Source: a virus (taxonomy: Duplodnaviria > Caudoviricetes). Taken from it: a stretch of DNA of 60,396 bases. The position numbers and the translations under genes were made by a program. Location: the IMG/VR virus record IMGVR_UViG_3300037848_000009, positions 1 to 60,396 of that record. One strand, given 5' to 3'. The notes under the pieces are model-generated. The model had not been told where the DNA came from. It saw nothing but the letters and a program-made list of their open reading frames with translations, and searched no databases. Shown here piece after piece: positions 55,375 to 60,396 of this stretch (positions within the stretch are counted from its first letter, which is position 1; each line of letters starts with the position of its first letter).

Positions 55375-56514
55375 TTAAAACGGGATTTTGCCTTCTGTCT
55401 GCTCAACTCCGAACTTTGCCGCGTCATACGGCTCGAAGCGCTTGACGACCAGCTTATCATCTTCGTAATACCCCACTACCAGAAGGCTATCGCCTTCAGT
55501 GATTTCTGCCAGAGCCTTCTGTACCACGCCTTTAAAAAAGATGGTACAGAATTGCTCTTGTTCGTCTGGGGTATAGAGCTTGAAGCCCATCCAGGTTTTT
55601 TTATCATTCACTTTCTGGTCGGTGACAATGCCGATCAGCGCTACTTCTTCTTTGCCGTTGCCGCCTGTGGCTTGCTGTGCGGGCTTCTGCGCGCCGCCTC
55701 CCTCGCTACTGCCACCACTGCCGGCATTCTCGCTCTCAGCGGGGCCCTCAGTTCCGTTATTGAAGGCGTTTGCCCACTTCTGGATGGCAGAAAAATCAAC
55801 CTCGGCCTTGCGCTTGATATCCTCGTTGGTGAGGTAGTTTGCCTTAATGTAACTGGCATCTGGCTGTGCAGGATGCATCGAGACAATAGGCACGACCAGA
55901 GAGGTGCTTTCTTTGCCGAAAGCCGTCTGCTCGCCTGGGCCAAGCCTCCAGACGATTTCATGCAACTCGACAGGGTCGGGGTGCTTTTCCCGATCTACAA
56001 TGCTGTCAGCAAACTGGCACACCCTCGTGTGATCTGCCAGTGCTTTGAGGATATAATCCACCATCAAACTGCGAGCGCCAATCTTGAACGGCTGCATGTA
56101 GCCGCGCTCGGCCAGCAGCTTGACATAGCCGATAACACCAACAAGCGCACGTTCGCCCTGGGGCCAGCGGATACCGATCCCTGCTTGCGCTGCTTTGTCT
56201 TTCATGCGGAGTAACGCGCTTGTTGCTGTTGCGGGTGTACCCATCGTGACCGGTAGGAAATCCAGGTTTTCGCCCAGGTTCCAGTGCTTTTTGATAATCG
56301 GCTCTGTACCTTGCCGGGGGTGTTGGGCTTCGATAGTCAAGTAACCCGCTTCTTCCATTGCCTTGTCGAGTGCGTGATCTTCGCCTGCTGTGACGAAAAA
56401 CCCCACGTACTCACTAAAGCGTTCCTTTGAGCTCTTGCGCGCCCGCATCAAGCCGTTGCCCCATCCGATGGCGGGGTAATCTGTCTGCACATTATCAATT
56501 CGTCCGATTCCCAT
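55375..56514 (-). CDS. Putative ssDNA-binding/recombination protein
   Basis: C-terminal OB-fold-like domain ending in IPF; in replication module. Confidence 0.5.
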   Translation of the reverse strand: MGIGRIDNVQTDYPAIGWGNGLMRARKSSKERFSEYVGFFVTAGEDHALDKAMEEAGYLTIEAQHPRQGTEPIIKKHWNLGENLDFLPVTMGTPATATSALLRMKDKAAQAGIGIRWPQGERALVGVIGYVKLLAERGYMQPFKIGARSLMVDYILKALADHTRVCQFADSIVDREKHPDPVELHEIVWRLGPGEQTAFGKESTSLVVPIVSMHPAQPDASYIKANYLTNEDIKRKAEVDFSAIQKWANAFNNGTEGPAESENAGSGGSSEGGGAQKPAQQATGGNGKEEVALIGIVTDQKVNDKKTWMGFKLYTPDEQEQFCTIFFKGVVQKALAEITEGDSLLVVGYYEDDKLVVKRFEPYDAAKFGVEQTEGKIPF

Positions 56515-56533
56515 CGTTTTTGCTCCTTTGTAA

Positions 56534-56833
56534 TCAGTTACTCGCTTTTGCGATTGTTTCGTTGTTCGCTTCCGGCTCGTTGTTTTCGTAGATCACCACG
56601 CCGCGCACGGTGTGTCCATCAACACCATGAGTTATGTTGAGTAGATAACCTAGTATCCGCCAATCGCTCATGCCTGCTATGAACGCGTCCAGACGCTCAT
56701 ACACGTCGTCAAGTGCGTCCCGCTGGTGAGGGCGCGTGATGCTTACATGGTACACATCGCTGTGTCTTGACCACCGGGGCGCTTGACGCGCCAATGGTGA
56801 GGTTATTGCGTGGTAATGTCCTTCCTCGCTCAT
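56534..56833 (-). CDS. Hypothetical protein
   Basis: AAGGAG RBS before MSEEG. Confidence 0.55.
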   Translation of the reverse strand: MSEEGHYHAITSPLARQAPRWSRHSDVYHVSITRPHQRDALDDVYERLDAFIAGMSDWRILGYLLNITHGVDGHTVRGVVIYENNEPEANNETIAKASN

Positions 56834-56852
56834 CCTGTCTCCTTTCCTATTG

Positions 56853-57074
56853 TCATAGTGGTACCTCTTCTTCATCTACACCTTGCGGCGCTTCGGGTTC
56901 AGGCTCTCGGATAATCATGTGGCACTTTGGACAAAACACCACATCATCATAATCGATTTCTGGCACAATCATTGCGGCGCAATGCGGGCACTCCTCTTCT
57001 TCGGAATAGTCGCCTTCACAGGCGTCATACACTCCAAGCCATTGGTATACTTGAACGTGGTCAAACTTGTTCAC
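56853..57074 (-). CDS. Small zinc-ribbon protein
   Basis: CPHC..CPKC; GTGA coupling. Confidence 0.65.
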   Translation of the reverse strand: MNKFDHVQVYQWLGVYDACEGDYSEEEECPHCAAMIVPEIDYDDVVFCPKCHMIIREPEPEAPQGVDEEEVPL

Positions 57075-57343
57075 GCCGCCACCTTCCGTATTGTGCGCTC
57101 TATTTCCCGTGCCAGCGCACTTGCGGCCTCTCGCGTATGCCGTGACCCGCGTATGCCGTGACAGGGATTGCAATTTTTGTATGTACCATCATCCTGGCGC
57201 TGATACACGTAGTACAACGTGCGGTGTTTTTGGACGAAAAACCGATAATCGTCCGTAATAACGAATGGGCGATACCCAGCAAGCATCAGGTCAGTGCGTA
57301 CCTTTTGATCGGCTTGTTCTATTCTTATAAGAAAAACGTTCAC
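57071..57343 (-). CDS. Hypothetical protein
   Basis: GAGGGGG RBS. Confidence 0.6.
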   Translation of the reverse strand: MNVFLIRIEQADQKVRTDLMLAGYRPFVITDDYRFFVQKHRTLYYVYQRQDDGTYKNCNPCHGIRGSRHTREAASALAREIERTIRKVAA

Positions 57344-57373
57344 GCCGCCACCCCCTCTTCGTCGTACTGACTG

Positions 57374-57622
57374 TTATTCTCGTTCATCACGCATCCTCGC
57401 TTTCATCTCTCTTCGCAACTGCTCTACTTCTGCTCGTCGTTGTGCGAAACTTTGTATAACGCTTTCCGGAACGAGTATACGATCCCGGTTCCGTCCAACG
57501 GATACATAATCAAGCTGCCCCTCTTTTATCCACTGGTAAACAGCTTGACTTGATACCTCTAACTCTTTCGCCACCTCTGTGACTGTCCAGAGGTTATCAT
57601 CTTCATACATGTGTTGTTTCAC
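57374..57622 (-). CDS. HTH_17/Cro-like regulator
   Basis: TVTEVAKELEVSSQAVYQWIKEG; GGAGG RBS before GTG. Confidence 0.82.
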   Translation of the reverse strand: MKQHMYEDDNLWTVTEVAKELEVSSQAVYQWIKEGQLDYVSVGRNRDRILVPESVIQSFAQRRAEVEQLRREMKARMRDERE

Positions 57623-57649
57623 ATCCCTCCTCCTCTCTTTCATAGAGAC

Positions 57650-57678
57650 AGTATACATTATAAATAGATACCTGTCAA
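57650..57678 (-). promoter_or_regulatory. Sigma70 promoter for the replication arm
   Basis: TTGACA-17-TATACT. Confidence 0.85.
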
Positions 57679-57692
57679 TCCTGAATTAGAGC

Positions 57693-57721
57693 TTGACAGG
57701 TGTAAAGCACCATGCTATACT
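57693..57721 (+). promoter_or_regulatory. Sigma70 promoter for early genes
   Basis: TTGACA-17-TATACT with extended TG. Confidence 0.85.
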
Positions 57722-57759
57722 AGCATCAGTGAACGAAACAACAGCAGGGAGATAGGCAG

Positions 57760-58278
57760 ATGTACACCGCAATGAATAAAGACATCACGGTACACAAACT
57801 GGAAGATGGAAGCGGCATAGAGTTTGAAGCGACGCTGGACGGCGAACTCATCGGGTACTTTGGCACTCGCATCGAGGCCGAGGCGGCGCTCGACGATGCC
57901 GCATACCGCAGGTTGCAGCAGCAGCCACTGGCTGCTGAGGAAATAACGACGGATTATAATCCCTCAATCGACGCGCTTGAAGCCGCCTATGAACACGCCA
58001 GCCGGCAGGATATGCCGCAGGCGTGGCGTAACGCCCTTGAGAAAGCCTATGATTTGCTGCTGGCAAGTGGCGGTATCACTGTTATTTATGCCGCCGATGA
58101 TAGCATCGGCCTGGCATACATCCCTTCACAGAGTGAACCGGGCAAGACCTATCTGGTCAATGGACACTGCACCTGCCAGGCTGGGCAGCACGGCAAACCG
58201 TGTGCACATCGGGCAGCCAAGCGCCTGCTCAATATCGCGACTAAAAAGCAGACTGCATGGGCAAAACCCGCGGCTTGA
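57760..58278 (+). CDS. SWIM zinc-finger protein
   Basis: CTC..CAH. Confidence 0.8.
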   Translation: MYTAMNKDITVHKLEDGSGIEFEATLDGELIGYFGTRIEAEAALDDAAYRRLQQQPLAAEEITTDYNPSIDALEAAYEHASRQDMPQAWRNALEKAYDLLLASGGITVIYAADDSIGLAYIPSQSEPGKTYLVNGHCTCQAGQHGKPCAHRAAKRLLNIATKKQTAWAKPAA

Positions 58279-58342
58279 TGAGGGATAGAGGCAGCAGCAG
58301 CGGGTCGGCGCGGTGCTGGCCCGCCAGAAAGGAGCAGAAACC

Positions 58343-58654
58343 ATGATCCTGGAAACCATAATCAACGTACTGGAAGAGGAGAAGCGAAGTCTGGAGCGCG
58401 GTCGGGCGGTTGTTCCGGCAGATGACACAGCAGATGCCACAGCGGAAATAGACGAAGTGAAGGCGGCACTCCAGGATGCACGCCGAACGCTTCGCGATGA
58501 CACACAACTTTATGCGCTGTATCGCCAGATCGCAGCGGTGCAGGCGCGCATCAGAGAGCGTGAGGCCAAACTAGCACAGGAGTTGTTGGCACGCCACGAA
58601 ATGACAATCGGCGGCGCGACTATCTATTATGCAATACAGGAGACACAGGCGTGA
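58343..58654 (+). CDS. Coiled-coil hypothetical protein
   Basis: AGAAAGGAG RBS. Confidence 0.7.
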   Translation: MILETIINVLEEEKRSLERGRAVVPADDTADATAEIDEVKAALQDARRTLRDDTQLYALYRQIAAVQARIREREAKLAQELLARHEMTIGGATIYYAIQETQA

Positions 58655-58731
58655 TCCGCGAGCAGTCAATGCGCGAGATAGCAGCAGCAGCGCCGGGTTC
58701 CGGCCCGGCCTGCCAGAAAGGACACACGACA

Positions 58732-59079
58732 ATGCTAGACGGAAACACCGCCGCCCTGCGCCAGCAAGAAGACCTGTGGGACGAACAGTTTGATTCGGAT
58801 GTTTCGGCTTTGGCAGCAGAGATTTTTTATACGAACGTTCAACTGCACGGCGTGCCAGTAGATGACCGCAACGCCCAGGTTGCCGCCCTGAGACAAGCCC
58901 ACGGACAGCACGCCGAATTACTTGCCTTCGCAGTGCAATGGGATGCACAGGTAGCAGCAGACTGGATCTGTCCTCGCTTCAGCCCGGCCACCTGCAGCAG
59001 CGAAGAAGCAATCAACATCGTGCTTCGGCCTGCTACCTGTGCCTGGATACGCGAGCAAATCAGGCAGGAGTTTGACTGA
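58732..59079 (+). CDS. Hypothetical protein
   Basis: AGAAAGGA RBS. Confidence 0.65.
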   Translation: MLDGNTAALRQQEDLWDEQFDSDVSALAAEIFYTNVQLHGVPVDDRNAQVAALRQAHGQHAELLAFAVQWDAQVAADWICPRFSPATCSSEEAINIVLRPATCAWIREQIRQEFD

Positions 59080-59134
59080 TTAACAGGAAGTGAGCAGGTC
59101 GGCAATGGGTCGGCCTGCCAGAAAGGAACCAGCG

Positions 59135-60097
59135 ATGACCAAAGCCCCGATTATCGCGCACGAAGATGATCTGAGCTTTGAATTGGCACTGGCGGCGTGG
59201 CGTAGCAACAGACACACGCGCGAGCGCGAAACGACCGCCCGCAGTGAACAGAGCGGATACGTTGCCAGCGTGCAGGCAGTATACGAACAGATGCTCGCCA
59301 TTTGCACAAACGACCAGCAGCGCGATCTGCTGGCGGACGAAATGGAACGCTTCCGGCAGAACTACCTGAAGCACTACACGGCGCTGTTGAGTGCAATAGG
59401 CCGCTTCAACAGCGTGTTTTTTGACTGGTACGAACTGCCGGAGCACAACCAGAAGCGGCTTAACAAAAAAGTATACCGCAGGCGACGTAACAAAGCACAC
59501 CGCAGGCGGGAAGAGTACCTGCGTTGGCGGTACAAGGCAGAAGCCAGCATCCGCGAGAAGATTCTCGACGCACGCACACCAGAAGAAAAAGAAGAAGCTA
59601 CGTGGGAGGCATTGCGCGCCGAAATCGTCCGCAGGCTTCATGTTATCACAGCTGTAGATACCAATAATGCACCGTATCGCCGCAACGACTTTGTTCACTC
59701 GATAGCGTTTATAGTTGAGCGACTGGCGAAGATCGGCAAAGTATCGCTAGTAGATCGCGCCGTGGCCCTGGTAGCTGATTACAACGCCAGCCACAACAAG
59801 CCCGCCATCAGTAAACGCCACAAGTTCTGGACATACCCGGACGTGGCCCGCGCCGTTGACGCAGCGTGGCAGGCAGCTACTGTAGACGGCGCAGTGATTG
59901 CAGAAGGCGACGGTTGGCGCATCGAGACAGCGCCAGAGGATGACCGCGTGCGCATCTATTTTGACAGCAAGCCCGATGAAACGATCCGTAGCGAGCTCAA
60001 AGGCACTGGTTGGAAATGGGCACCATCGGCGGGCGCGTGGCAGCATAAGCTCACCAACAAAGCGATCGCCAGTGCGAAGGTGTTGATGGACTGCTAA
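59135..60097 (+). CDS. Hypothetical protein (possibly related to DUF3560/polyvalent-protein domains)
   Basis: AGAAAGGA RBS; RVRIYFDSKP..GWKWAPS..AWQ; family call tentative. Confidence 0.7.
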   Translation: MTKAPIIAHEDDLSFELALAAWRSNRHTRERETTARSEQSGYVASVQAVYEQMLAICTNDQQRDLLADEMERFRQNYLKHYTALLSAIGRFNSVFFDWYELPEHNQKRLNKKVYRRRRNKAHRRREEYLRWRYKAEASIREKILDARTPEEKEEATWEALRAEIVRRLHVITAVDTNNAPYRRNDFVHSIAFIVERLAKIGKVSLVDRAVALVADYNASHNKPAISKRHKFWTYPDVARAVDAAWQAATVDGAVIAEGDGWRIETAPEDDRVRIYFDSKPDETIRSELKGTGWKWAPSAGAWQHKLTNKAIASAKVLMDC

Positions 60098-60183
60098 GAT
60101 ACGCCGGGGCGCGGCTCTGCCTGTGTTACAGGTCCGTACAGTTTCAGGGGCCGCGCCTGACATAATCAGAAAGGGGAAGCAGA

Positions 60184-60396
60184 ATGAGTGTGTACGACAC
60201 AGAACAGCAGTTGCGTGAAATCCTTAAAGCGCACAAGCTCTGGCTCGATGATCCGGACCAGGCTGGGGCAGCCCGTGCCAACCTGCGTGGAGCCGACCTG
60301 AGTCGGGCTGACTTGAGCGGGAATGACTTGAGCGGGGCTGATTTGCGTGGAGCCGACCTGAGCTTAGCCAACCTGCGTGGAGCCGACCTGAGCTTA
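60184..60396 (+). CDS. 3'-partial pentapeptide-repeat protein (variant of 686..1336)
   Basis: [29 protein letters not shown]; runs off the window. Confidence 0.8.
   Translation, partial: MSVYDTEQQLREILKAHKLWLDDPDQAGAARANLRGADLSRADLSGNDLSGADLRGADLSLANLRGADLSL

Noticed and set aside
57677-57692. Partial match of concatenated array C dinucleotides (TCTGAATTAG) to TCCTGAATTAG
   Set aside because: Only about 9 nt match, which is expected by chance in 60 kb.

Overview
An apparently complete ~59.5 kb tailed (siphovirus-like) phage genome. The two ends overlap: 1-127 is identical to 59473-59599, then the copies diverge. Host unknown; Chloroflexota is a tentative guess. Layout: lysis genes (1.9-3.8 kb), packaging/head/tail genes interleaved with glycosyl- and methyltransferases (6-32.6 kb), a mostly minus-strand accessory arm (32.6-45 kb), DNA modification and replication genes (45-57.6 kb), and early genes (57.7 kb to the end). 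I recognised no integrase, DNA polymerase, reverse transcriptase or canonical CRISPR array. The main signal is a minus-strand operon (43254 to 37127). A sigma70 promoter drives three non-coding arrays with strict 5-nt periodicity (constant GGY alternating with variable NN) that flank a stand-alone RAMP/Cas7-like gene and a coupled partner gene. This looks like a VIPR-type RNA-guided system. It is followed, apparently in the same operon, by an array-less type IV-B-like cas cassette (csf1, cas11, csf2, cysH, csf3) that unusually carries cas6. Other highlights: a 162-nt tRNA-shaped RNA whose anticodon loop is replaced by a kissing-loop domain, two copies of an inverted-iteron origin-like element, and a likely +1 frameshift in the tail chaperone. 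All calls come from reading motifs by eye; no searches were run.
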